Notes under the pieces: model-generated
The model's input: the letters and a program-made list of their open reading frames with translations, nothing else
What the model was told of the DNA's origin: nothing
The model's database searches: none
Position numbers and translations under genes: made by a program
Shown here: piece by piece, positions 38,501-51,900 of the stretch
Layout of the letters: every line of letters starts with the position of its first letter
Position numbering within the stretch: the first letter of the stretch is position 1
NCBI RefSeq assembly: GCF_026210795.1
Contig: NC_089435.1
Coordinates: 744,001 to 808,000, forward strand
Direction: 5' to 3'
DNA from: Rhizophagus irregularis
Lineage: Eukaryota
Length of the DNA: 64,000 bases

Positions 38501-40616
38501 ATTCTTTTCTGTTCCTTCTCCATTTTCATAACATATGGCTAAGTTAAACATTGCATCTTGATTACCATTTTTTGCTGCTTTTTTATACCAATAAAAGGCT
38601 TTTTCTAAGTCTCTCTCTATTTCTTCTCCATTTTCATAGCATATTGCTAAATTATTCATTGCTTTAATATGGTCTTTTACTGCTGCCTTTTGATACCAAT
38701 ACAAAACTTTTTCTAAATTCTTTTTTGTTCTTTCTCCATCTTCATAACATATGGCTAAATTAAACATTGCTTCAATATGATCTTTTTCTGCTGCCTTTTG
38801 TTTCCAATAAAAAGCTTTTTCTAAGTCACTATCTGTTCCTTCTCCATAGTAATATCTATTCGCTAAATTATTCATTGCACCAATATGGTCTTTTTCTGCT
38901 GCTTTTTTATGCAAATAAAAGGACTTTTCTAAGTTCTATTCTGTTCCTTCTCCATTATAATACATATTGGCTAAATTAAATATTGCTTCTTCATTATTCT
39001 TTGCTGCTTTATGATACCAATAAAAAGCTTGTTTAAAATTCTTTTCTGTTCCTTCTCCATTTCTATATTTATTGGCTAAATTATACATTGCATCTTGATT
39101 ACCATTTTTTGCTGCTTTTTGATACCAATAAAAGGATTTTTCTAAGTTCCTTTTTGTACCCTCTCCATTTTCATAATATATAGCTAAATTATTCATTGCA
39201 TTTTGATTCATTTTTTGCTGCTTTTTGGTACCAATAAAAGGCTTTTTCTAAGTTTCTTTCTGTTCCTATTTCATTTTCATAACATATGGCCAAATTATTC
39301 ATTGCACCAAGATGGTCTTTTTTTGCTGCTTTTTGATGCCAATAAAAAGCTTTTTCTAAGTTTATTTCTGTTCCTTCTCCATTATAATATTTATCGGCTA
39401 AATTAAATATTGCTTCTTCATCACCATTTTCTGCTGCTTTATAATACCAATAAAAGGCTTTTTCTAAATTCTTTTCTATTCCTTCTCCATTTCTATATTT
39501 ATTAGCTAAATTATACATTGCATCTTGATTACCATTTTTTGCTGCTTTTTGATACCAATAAAAGGATTTTTCTAAGTTCCTTTCTGTACCCTCTCCATTT
39601 TCATAATATATAGCTAAATTATTCATTGCATTTTGATTACCATTTTTTGCTGCTTTTTGGTACCAATAAAAGGCTTTTTCTAAGTTCCTTTCTGTACCCT
39701 CTCCATTTTCATAATATATAGCTAAATTATTCATTGCATTTTGATTACCATTTTTTCCTGCTTTTTGGTACCAATAAAAGGATTTTTCTAAGTTCCTTTC
39801 TGTTCCTATTTCATTTTCATAACATATGGCCAAATTAGTCATAGCACCAATATGGTCTTTTTTTGCTGCTTTTTCATGCCAATAAAAGGATTTTTCTAAG
39901 TTCTTTTCTGTTCCTTCTCCATTATAATACATATTGGCTAAATTAAACATTGCTTCTTTATCATCATTCTTTGCTGCTTTATGATACCAATAAAAAGATT
40001 GTTTAAAATTCTTTTCTGTACCTTCTCCATATTCATAAAATTTGGCTAAATTAATCATTGCATCTTTAACACCATTTTCTGCTGTTTTTTTATACCAATG
40101 AAAGGATTTTTCTAAATTCTCTTCTGTTTCTATTCCATTATAATACTTATTGGCTAAATTAAAAATTGCTTTTTCATTACTATTTTCTGCTGCTTTTTGA
40201 TACCAATAAAAAGCTTTTTCTAAATTCTCTTCTATTCCTTTTCCATTTTCATAACATATGGCTAAATTAAACATTGCTTCTTTAATACCATTTTCTGCCG
40301 CTTTTTGATACCAATAAAAGGCTTTTTCTAAATTCTTTTCTGTTCTTTCTCTATTATAATAACAATTGGCTAAGCTATTCATTTCTTTTTCATAACCATT
40401 TTCTGCTGCTTTTTGATACAAGTGAAAGGCTTTTTCTAAATTCTTATCTGTTTTCTCTCCATTTCTATATCTATTGGCTAAATTAAACATTGCCATTTTA
40501 TTACCACTTTCTGCTAAATTTTTTAAAGAATTAATACATTCTTTACACCATAATTCTACAGTAAAAGGTTTATTGCAATATGAACAATTTTCGGTGTTTA
40601 TTATATCAGTTTCCAT
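35557..40616 (-). pseudogene. Sel1-repeat (33 units) + C-terminal TKL-like protein kinase, with one frameshift and one nonsense codon
   Basis: 33 counted SLR units, then a CxxC linker, then a kinase (DKGGFSEIH, HGDFHDGN, IDLGLC, GVLPYMAPE). Intron 36535-36469. A 2-bp deletion near 39208 and AAG>TAG at 38936-38938 are visible by comparison with sister repeats. Confidence 0.9.
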
Positions 40617-42075
40617 TTGGGTTTACTTTATAAATCTAGTTTTTTTTAGAAAATGTATTTATTTATTATGTCACACACAAATTTGAAAAAGGAAATTATA
40701 ACAATGCATCTGATTAATAATTATTGTTATAATTTCCTTTTTTGAATTTGAGCGACAAAAAGAATATCTTAATCAATCGGACCGATTACTAAGATCTGCG
40801 TTAAAAAATTCCTTTAAAATACTGTGTAACAAAAAAAATAAGATAAAAATGCATTTTCTCTCAAAAAAAAAAGAATTATAAATTAATTCGTGATCCGTTT
40901 ATGAACCAGTGAAAACTACTAATAGATTTCGGAGAACCATTTATGCAAAATAATTATCCCTTAAATGGCTTTTGAGCTAATTTGCCCAGAATTTTTTTTT
41001 TAAATGTTATAGAATAATGTTCCGAAGCATATTGGATGATAAAATTTGCGTCATCATATATTAATTTCACAGGTTTGATCAAAATATACTTGTCATTTAA
41101 GATTACGATGTTATACAAAATTGGTGACCTCGGCTGAAAAATAGTGTAACCAAACTAACCAATTGCTTAAACAAGGATCGTCAAAATTTTTTATATTGTC
41201 AAAAATTTTTTCTTTAGCGACGCTGGATTCCAGCCTTTAAAAACGCTATATTATTCAACTACAAGAAGTGTACCGATCATAAAGTTAATATTTTTTATTA
41301 AAATATTATTATTTGCTGGTAAATAAATTTGTCTTAAAAAATATATAAAACAAAAAAAAATAAAAAAAAATAAAAATTATTCATTCCTATCAATCACAAA
41401 CTGTTTAACTTATTTTACCATATTTTGCTTATATTGAGCGTTATATCTAATTTTGAATGGTGAATGCTTTTGGAATGTCAACTCCTTTTAAACTACCTTT
41501 CTTTAACTAATTTCGTAAGCTCTTATCTAAATTTCTTGCTAACTTATAATTTGCAAAAATAATTCCCCGAAATACATTAGTAGAATTCAAGACGGATCAC
41601 GAATTAACAATAATTTTTTTTGTTATTAGTGTATTTGATTTATAGTTTAAAAATACCGTTGATATCATATAAATTCTAATTTTGCTTTTGCGTTAATTTT
41701 CTCAACAACTAGTGATTGAATTAAATGAATATCTATTTTATAACGTTATAAAAAAGAAATTTGATATTATTGGATATTTGGATTATAAATTAGTAATTTA
41801 TATATTTATAATATTTTAGATATTTTTAATTAAAATTTTAGTATCAAAAATAATTTTAGCCGTTTATTATTTATAGATATACGACATCTTATTATAGCAA
41901 TTCGTTCAGTATGATCGACACCTAATTTTGGAACACCAATAATATAATTTGTTCGGGTATTGTGTCCGTAATTATTAAATAGTGATCTTCAAAAAAAATA
42001 CTTTTTTCCTCAACTTTATCCCGTTTTCCGTTTTTTTTACGCAAAAAAATTCATATTGAGAAATTTCAATTAAAA

Positions 42076-43087
42076 ATGGCTTATAATTATGAATCTGAAT
42101 TATCAGAAGCATTTGGGCAATTGCTCAAAATAGAAACGGATTATAATGTTATCATATACATTGGAAAAGAGCCTAATTTTAAGGAATTTCATGCGCATTC
42201 TAATGTTTTACGTTGTAGATCTGAATATTTTGATAAAATATTATCTGATGATAGTATCGAAAAAAAAGATGGGAAATATATAATTAAAAAGCAAAATATT
42301 TCACCTCAAGCATTTAATGTTGTTCTTAAGTGAGTGACTATTAATTAATAAATTTTTAAAATTTTATTATTTTCTATAATTGACTTATTTTTTTTACCTT
42401 TTCGTATTTTTTAGGTACCTTTATACTGGTAAAATTGATATTGCTAATAAAACTAAAACTGAGATTTCGAATATTATGACTGTTTCTGATGAATTATTGT
42501 TGAAAAAATTAACTAAACTTATCGAAGACTATCCTATTATTGAAAAAAAAGATTCGGCTGGCAATAATATTGACTCTATTATTATTAATCGCGAACACCT
42601 TACACTTTTTGCAAATTGGATTGATAGAAAGGAAGGAAATATTAATGATATCCCTTATAAATTTAATCTTTTATATAGAGCTAACAGAGATGGAAATACA
42701 GCTGAAATGTTTCATGCTAAATGTGATAACAAAGGAGCTACTTTAGTCGTAGTAAAAGTTAAAAATTCAGAACAAATTGTTGGAGGATATACCCCACTCT
42801 CTTGGGTTTCAGGTATGATTGACAAGTCTACAAAAGATAGCTTTATATTCTCGTTAAATAGTACTAACTTTCAGAATGCGAGAGTAGCTTACAGTAATGA
42901 TAATGGATATTCTATATCATGTATATCAGAATGTGGTCCATTTTTTGGTGGTAGTGATTTATACTTGAATCATTGTAATGGTCCTGATTTTTGGTGTGCT
43001 ATGAAACCTTTTTCTTATCCATCTCTGGGTTTGCCATGGAAGATAATAGCGGATGATTATGAAGTATTTCAAGTTATTAAAAAATAG
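42076..43087 (+). CDS. BTB/POZ-TLDc protein lacking the BACK region (exons 42076-42329, 42415-43087)
   Basis: BTB (DYNVIIYIG..FHAHSNVLRCRSEYF). Intron at the same position as in the 231..1693 paralog. TLDc (LLYRANRDG..FHAKCDNKGATL..VGGYTP..DYEVFQV). Confidence 0.9.
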
Positions 43088-43613
43088 TCAGTTTGATTGT
43101 ACTGCATTTGTTATTATTGTATGCATCAAATATATTCATTATACAGTACGCTAACATGACAAATAATAAAGTATTATTATTAAGTGATCAAAATTTAATG
43201 AAATTGTCTATAGAATACCTTTGTATTATAAATAAAAACATTAAATCTTGAATGTTAAGAATTAAAGTTTCTTAGTACTTTAAAAAATTAAAAATTAATA
43301 AATTAGTAATTTAATACAAATAGACTCGTTAGTTTAAGTTACGCCTACGAATTGGATTTAGCCAGTTTCACTAAATATACCGCTTATTTCTCGATGATAT
43401 AAAATGCGTATTAGAAAACTAAAAAATATGGAACATTCGGGAAAAATGACCACGTGATCTTTGGCGAACATGTTCGCTGAAATGTTTTATTAATACAGAT
43501 ACAAAATAAATACAAATTTTGTGACGCATCCTATTATACAGGTGAGGTAAGATAAATACAAATATTCAGGTATTGGCCATGACACTTATATCCTAATACC
43601 TATTTACTGTATC

Positions 43614-45067
43614 TTATTTTTCCGTAAGATTGCTCGATGACCTATGCCTTTATTACCCTCTCTTCACTTCGAGAATCTGAATCCGGCTTCTGTGCCTCCT
43701 CAAACAACCATACAATATGTCCGAGGACTTTTTCCACTTTAGTTTGCAAATTCTCATCGTTATATACAGCAACCACCGGTTCCGATAGTTGAAGCTTGGT
43801 CTATCTTGAATAGAGGAGCTTTCAAATGTCGTTCCATGAAATAGAATTTCTAGGCATCAGTAGCTATCCCAAAAACTCTTCCGAACGTCTGTACTCCTCC
43901 ATTTCTTTGGCCTTGCGCTGCGCTTACGATTAGACAAAGATGACTCGAGTTGGACCGCGCATTGAGCAACGGCTTTCGCAAAATCATCTTTTTTTACCTT
44001 CGTGACCCCAACCGTTTTTGCTGTTTGGCGCAAGTCAATCGCGAAATCGAGAGGTCAATGCCCATTCGGTCCAGAAATAACTTTTTGAGGTCGGATCTCA
44101 AACTTCCCCCTTGAAATTATTCGCTCCAGCAAGCAGGTAAGAATAGACGCATAATAATTGGTCGCCTCGATTGAAAGTAAATTGATGGGTATTGTCGAGA
44201 CGGGATTTAATTCTGCCATGAGTCCTTCCAACGATTCCTGGGTCGTTACCGCACGAAAAAACCGGGAGGATTCTCCATCAAGACCGTAAAGCTGACATTT
44301 TTTGGGAACGTCCAATCCGAAAAAGCTTTTGAGGGGGTCTCTATGATTACAGTAAACTTGGAGATGTCTTTGATACGAATATGTGGAGGAATTCACAGAG
44401 GTCTTGATCATTCCGAGGAGAATATCTTTCTTTATCTTCACTTATAAATTTTAATACCGCTCCATCTTTTCAAGAGACAGTGGTTCATATTCTTTGCGTA
44501 TATATTCCTTGAGACCTTCGAGGGTTGCATGTTCAATATTTACAGTCCATTTGAAACCCTTTGTCCGTTTCGGACTAACGACGACATCAAACTCTATAAT
44601 TTAACAACCAAGCTAAGACAGTAAGTAATTTGACGTGAAACATTGTTTCCCGAGTAAACAGTTCCATAATCTGAAGATTTCACCGACGGCTCGTCGGCCA
44701 AATTTCTTGGCAAAACTTTATACGTACCATGGACAGACTTGTTGAGTAATGCCTGCAATGAGGCGACTTGGCCAAGTAATTCCTGCTCATGACTCGAAGC
44801 GGCGCAGGTGGTTCGACTATGACATGAACACTCTTAGGTGGTTTTTCAGATCGGTAGTCCTCTATTTCCCTTGTCACAAGAAGTTCGTCCCGTCATTGAG
44901 TGTGAGATTGCTCATCGCGATCGTCATTAATTTCTACTTTCCATAACTTTAGCTCCACACCAGCAAAGTTATTTTATTTTTCCGTCTTAATAACCTTCTT
45001 GAGGTGGCTGACCAACTTGTCACTGTGAAAGCATTCCTTTGACTAGGCAGAGTAACGTGATAGACAT
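43614..45067 (-). pseudogene. Crinkler (CRN)-family effector pseudogene with restriction-endonuclease-like C-terminus
   Basis: Across frames: MSITLLCLVKG...VSHLKKVIK...ELKLWKV...VHVIVEPP (CRN N-terminus). Later VKKDDFAKAVAQCAVQLES...VFGIATDA...KVEKVLGHIVWLFEE. Many frameshifts and stops. GC content is higher than the flanks. Confidence 0.8.
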
Positions 45068-46184
45068 TTTCGACTTATATACGAATTTTTGCGAAATTTT
45101 ATTGGCTAAACAGCTGTATACGAGGGCAAGTGAGAATGTGAAAAAAAAGTGGGCGATTGGGAGTATATGTGAAAAAGTATACTGTCGCACAGACCCTGCC
45201 ATGTGATCATTTGTTTCGGAACACAAGAACTGTATGTAGCTCAGCAGAAAAAATAATCCGAGCTGTTGATCGTTGCTCCGGAATACATTGAATCGGAGCA
45301 ATGATCGATATTTAAAAGAAAATCAAGAATTATGAAAAAAAGTGAATACCATTGCTTATACCTAATGAATAAAAAATATTTATTGAAATTTCTATAGAGA
45401 AATGTTGGTAATCTCATCCTCTATTGCCTTACAGCGATTTTACATATTTACATATTCAGTTGTCACTTCCGGTAGTATCATTTACCATTTAACATTCTCA
45501 ATTTATTCTCATTATTCTCATGTATTTTCCTAATTTAGCAATATCAGAAATACGGGCAGATTCTGTATAACTAAATTTTCTGTCTTTATCAAATTTCCAT
45601 TTGATTTTTCGCCTCCCAGCTATTCTTAAATGATTTCGACCACAAGAGCATTCCTTACGTTGAACCTTGTTTTTGTGTCTAGTTGCTGGAGTATTCGTAA
45701 TGGCCGTCCAGATATAATGTATTTACTGAATGACATTATATATATTGTTTATCTATTGAATAATATTTTTACATAAAATATACGTTATTTTATTTGCAAA
45801 AAACTTGATGTGTTGGAATATCGAGATCTGCTTACGAAGTCCACCCTCATGATATGAAGTTTTGTTATATCAGTCATCATCGTTTCTAAGAAGATCCTCT
45901 CTAGTATTTCTAATTTCTTCTTCAGTAATAATTTGCTCTTTTTTAGACAATTCATAATAGAGTTTGTATAAGTTCTCAATACAATTTATCAAAATTTGGT
46001 TAATCAATTTTACTAATGTCAAAACTTACACAAGCTTACATAATCAGGAAAAAAAAACTTAAAAATTCGAAAAAAAGATTATGCTTCGGTATACCGTAAA
46101 AATAAAAATGCAATCAAAAAGTGAAGGTGATAAGTAAGTATTATTTATAATATTAACAAGATGGCCAAGTTGATGGCGCGGTAA

Positions 46185-46345
46185 ATTCCAAATAAAGCAA
46201 ATAAACGTAGCGATTTAAACCCAAATGAAGCAAATAATCGTAGCATTTTGAACGATTAAATTCCTAATAAAGCAAATAATAGTAGCAGTTTGAACGATCC
46301 AAATAAAGCTAATGATTATGTAACAAGTTCGAACGATCAAATCAA
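46185..46345 (+). repeat. Degenerate tandem repeat of about 33-42 bp (AAATAAAGCAAATAAT.GTAGC..TTTGAACGAT), 4 units
   Basis: Visible repeats that translate in one frame as PNKANN.S.LND, with one internal stop. Confidence 0.55.
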
Positions 46346-47496
46346 AATTTACGGAGTAGCGATAAAGTCATTATACCGCAAACGATTTGACTTAGGATTG
46401 TTTTAGTGGACGATATCATAATCGTTATGCCTTACATTCATTAATTTATCGTTAAATGATTGCATTAAAATTTCGATATACTCAATTAAGTATATATTTG
46501 ATTTTTCGAAGTGAAATACAGCATTTTTTTTTATATAACTTATAACTTCGTAATTGCTAAAATTTATTATTCTATTTTATTTATTTTATTCTATGTTATT
46601 TATTTTATTATGTAATTTTTTTTTTACACGTATTACATGTAATAATTAATAAATTACACTACCTTATTTTTTAATAATAAATTGTATAAAAAATTTCTGA
46701 AGTATGTTTGCTATACCACAGCTTTGAATAATCAAAATTATTTTCGTAGGTTGACAAAAGCCTAAATAAAAAAAAAAGTCTTAAGACCGTTAGTTTTATT
46801 AATTTACTAATTTATCAAGATTTAAATGAGTAAATACAAAAATTTCTCAAAATTGTTTCAAAAATGACGTGCAATATTTGCTTGCTTCCAATAGTTTTTA
46901 CGATCGTTTAAGCTGACATAAATCTTGTAGAAAAGGAATACAATATAATGAAAGATTTAATTGATGGATTCCCTAATTACGCATTAACAAAAAAATATGT
47001 TACTGGTATATATAATTTTTGTATAAAAAAAAGATTACCGGGACAGAATTCTGAAACATTATCTATTATTGTCGTTGATACTTAAGCATCATACTATGAA
47101 TAGAATTATTAAAAGACTATCATGAAGTCTAATGATATGAATTTGGGAAAATAAATTTTAGAATTAAAGTAAAGGAAAATTCATATTTATACATTTTTTT
47201 TATTTGTTTTTCATATTACTGTATTATTGTCTCATTGTTTTGAAATTTGTAATTATTATATTAACCGGGTTTACAATTGAGTGAGCTTTATTTTAGTAAG
47301 AAATTCATCATTACAATATTTTTCTTTAGTGCTTTGTTATTATATTACTTTATAAATGTGAGTATTGCGTAACTGATAAGCAACTTTAGTAACTATGCTG
47401 TAAAATTTTACGTATATAAGCTAAAAAGAAAGCAAATTTACGGTACAATTAATTATTAATCAAGGCATAAGAGAGTGAACTGGATTAATACCTTAT

Positions 47497-47984
47497 TCAA
47501 TATTCATCGCTATCTTCATCTGTACTTGAAGGTACTTCATCTCCACTTTCTTTGTCTTCCAATTTTGCAGATTTAATTTCACAATAACCAAACTTTCTAC
47601 GATAATCAGGTCCATTTTCGCTTTCGCCAAAGTGTATTTCCGTTTCGTGCTCCCTATAGTATTTGTTTCTAGCTCCTTGAATACAACCTGAATTTCTGTA
47701 TAGACGTCGTGCTTCTCTTCTCATTGCTTCTTGAGCTAGTTTCTTGGAGACAAAGCAGCGACATTCAATTGAATATTCAACAGCTTTATATGGAGAAAAA
47801 AACATCGATAAGACCCAGACTTCAGCTGGAGTTTTGGCTGGAATTTTGGCTGGAGTTTTAGCTGAAGTCTTAGCTGGAGTCTTAGCTGGAAGTAGTTAAG
47901 AAATGATAAGATAAATTATCAAATAAAATATAAAATACAAAAAACACTTCTAATACCTTTAACTTGCGAGTTCCCTGTTGACAT
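47497..47984 (-). CDS. Small orphan protein (138 aa; exons 47984-47957, 47885-47497) with AKTP repeats and acidic tail
   Basis: A 71-bp GT-AG intron joins MSTGNSQVK to AKTPAKTSAKTPAKIPAKTPAEVWVLS and continues in frame into the 102-aa ORF. Confidence 0.7.
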
Positions 47985-48828
47985 TTTCTTTATATTTTTT
48001 TTTTTTTTTTTTTTTTGTTATTGTTTATTGATGAACAATTTTCAACGGTGATAAGAGATAAATTCAATGTATATAAACAAATCAAGCGAGGAGTATCAAA
48101 TCATTTCGATCTTTTATAGATCCTGATAAACGACGTTGTGAAACCTGATTATGCATGTGTTTTTTCCTATAGAGTTGATGAAGCAATAATGACGTAATTA
48201 AATATCCCTTGGAATCTTACCATTTTGCAGATCATATATATATTAAATTATAATCCGTAACATATAAATTCCTTAACTTCTTAGTATGCATCAGTTTTAA
48301 GCATCTCATTATCACAGACTAATCTCAAATGTTACAATTTGATACAGCTAATTACGAAAAATAAATGAAGAGGCTTAATAAGAGTTAAACATTATATAAT
48401 ATGTAATAATAGAATTAAACAAATAATATGATCTTATGCTAAAAAGTTTTATTCAAAAGCCGATCGATAAGAAAAAAAAGCGCAAAAAAGATATTTAAAT
48501 TATTTTGTACATTGCTTTACTAAACATAAAATATTTAAAAACTATAATTATTAATCTTTCAAATAAAGAAAAATTAGATAGGCTGTTAAAATACCGACTT
48601 TACTATCCCTTAAACGGGATTTTTTTTTAAAATTGTTTTTCAGTTGATCAATTAAGAAAATAATCTGTATAATAATTATTCTTAATCAGCAAAAATGCTG
48701 ATCGATGTTTCTTTTTTTGTATCTACTACGAATTTTTGAATTTTGATAAATTAAATGAATATGATGATTTCAGTATTTATTGTTAAACGTAAAAAAAATG
48801 TGATAGAATGTGAATTCAAATATAGTGC

Positions 48829-48980
48829 AGGGGTCATGCAATATCGTTGTCGGACAGATTCCTGACATCCATTTCTCGGCATAACCTTTTCCCGACAACA
48901 ATTTCCTGACAAGACAAATTCCCGAGTGGATATTTCCTTGAAAAGCATTTTTCCCGACATGATGAAATTTTCCCGAAATC
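48829..48980. repeat. TTCCCGAC/TTCCTGAC tandem motif cluster, likely a solitary transposon end
   Basis: About 7 copies of TTCCYGA at about 20-bp spacing after GGGGTCATGC. Partner end not seen. Confidence 0.45.
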
Positions 48981-48995
48981 AAGTTATTAAAACAT

Positions 48996-51900
48996 TAGGC
49001 CTGTTCAATTCTGATCGTTCGGGTTTTTTGACACCCCAGCCAAATGATCGACATAGTTTCTAAGCTAAGTGGGCGTGCACTACATCCTAGCTTATAAACT
49101 GCCCATGGGCCAGATTAGCCCACGAGATCTGATTGGTCCAAACAACTTACCAACATTTAATTACAAATAAGGCAATTTTATAACTTTTGACCGGATATTT
49201 ACTTATAAACTCATGGTCAAGGATTACATTAATGTACATTTTGTACCACCTTGTAACTATAAAAAAGGCAAAAATTTTTTCAAGGTTACACATTAATTTG
49301 GCCAGAATTAAGATAATTTCGCCCAGCAAAATTTGGCCGGAATTATAAAACGGACATAAATGTCCGTTTGCAAATTTGGCCAGAATTATAAAAACGGACA
49401 TTAATGTCCGTTTTTGTAAATTTGGTCAGCATTATAAATGCAAATATTATAAATTGTATCAATTTATCATAATCCAGTGATCATAGAAAAAATAAATTAT
49501 AACTCGTTAGCTTTGTCTCATCAAGACATGTTAAATTGTTAAATTGTGGTTTCTATCATCAATAGATGGAAAGTTATTGGCATTTGGAAATATTTAAGAA
49601 TACAAAAAAATTCTTTTCAAACAATGTAAATATCTTATTATTTATTAATCCTAAAGGTATAAAACTCCTATTATTTAATACATCTCAATACAATCCAACA
49701 AGCTGTGTATTATTTTTTTACAATTACTTGATGACAAGTTAATGCAATTTAACTTTTAGCAATTTGGTATATTTTAACCAAAAAAGAATTTTTTTATTGT
49801 AAATTTAAGTTATTTAACATTTAAAAAATGATTTTTTGTTTTTATTTTTTACTATTAAATACAAATTATTTCAAAAATGCAGAAAATTAAATCTTTTAAT
49901 TATTATTTAAAAATTATGCTATTAAATAAAACATTGATTTTTTTGTTTTTTATTTACTTTTTTTATTAGATCTAAAAATTGTCAGAAATTTAAATCCTTC
50001 AATTATTAATACATTACATATTTATAGAAGTTAAATAAACATACTTATTTAATGTAATTTAGCAATTAACATTTTATTTTGATTTTATTTATTTTTTTAT
50101 TGATCCAAATTATTTAAAAATTAATAGAAAATTAAATGATTTATTTGGCTCTTTTAATTATTAATATATTATATATTTATAGAAGTTAAATAAACATACT
50201 TATTTAATCTATTTAATGTAATTTAGCAATTAACATTGATTTTATTTTAATTTTATTTTATTTTTTTATTTGATCTAAATTATTTAAAATTTGATAGAAA
50301 ATTAAAGGATTTGATTCTTAATCATTAGTACATTATATGTTTATGGAAGTTAGATAAACATACCTATTTAATAATGGAATTTAATATTTTATTAATATAA
50401 AACTTAATTTTTGTTTTGTTTTTATTTACAGTATTTTTTTATTTTTTTATTTTTATTTTTTTTATTAGATACAAATTATTTTAAATATTTGTTAGAAATT
50501 GGATCAACAAAATCATTCATTAAAAAAATTTGGATTTGCAAATATTGCAGTAAATGTTTATCAGTACATTTCGCAAATCCAAATTTTTTTTAATGAATGA
50601 TTTTGTTGATCCAATTTCTAACAATATTTAAAATAATTTGTATCTAATAAAAAATAAATAAATAATAAATACTGTAAATAAAAACAAAACAAAAATTAGT
50701 AAGTTTTATATTAATAAAATAATTTAAATATTAAATTCCATTAAATAGGTATGTTTATTCAACTTCTATAGATCTAATAATTTACTAATAATTAAAAGAA
50801 TCAAATCATTTAATTTTCTAATAATATTTAAAATAAATTATATCTAATTAAAAAAAAAGAATAAAACTAAAATAAAATCAATGGCCTATTAATAAAATAA
50901 TTTTTCAATTGCTAAATTGCATATGTAATGTACTAATAATTAAAAAATCTAATTTTTTGACAATTTTTAAAATAATTTGTATCTAATAATAAAAAAAATA
51001 TTTTAATTAATAAAATAATTTTAGATACCGAATTACATTAAATACCAATATGTTTATGTAACTTTCACATATATTTAATTTACTACTAAATACTAGGTAT
51101 ATTTATATATGTAACTTCCACATATATTTAATATACTAATAATTGAAAGATCCAATTTTTTGGCAATTTTAAAAATAAAAAAACCAAAAAGTCAATATTT
51201 TTTCAATAAACCAATTTTTTAAATGCCAAATAACATTAAATAAATAGTATATTTATATAACATTATCTACAAAGATAGTATATAATGAATTGGACAATTA
51301 AATAATTTATTTATATATTCTTAATGTAATATATACAGTATATATTATATTAAAGTAAACTTCCATAAATAGTATGTGATGTATTATTTTATAACAATTA
51401 GAATAATAAATTAAATTATTAATTAATTATATCAATTATAAATTTTTGTAAATTTTCTTTACAAAATTTTCGTATAATATTTATAAAACACAATGTTCAT
51501 ATAACTTTTATATATTAAATAAATAATAAAACAATATCTAGTATTCTGATTTAAAAAAAACAAATGTCTATTATATTTACATTAAATTGCTAAAAGCTAA
51601 ACTGCTTTAGCTTGAAATCAAGTAATTACAAATAGAAAGATAAAATATATATAGCTTGTTAATTGTTATATTGTTTTTTGAGATATTTTAAATGGTAGCA
51701 GTTTTATACCTTTAGGATTAATAAATAAATAATAAAATATTAACATTTTCTTGAAATAATTTTTTATATTTTTAAATATTTATAAATGCTAATAACTTTT
51801 ATTTATTGATAATAGAAATTCCACTATTTAGCATATTTTGATGAGACAAAGCCAACAAAATATAATTTATTTATTTATGATTACTGAATAATTAGTTAAA

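Noticed and set aside
45480..46000. Exon-like fragments on the minus strand
   Set aside because: Contain stops and no identifiable product.
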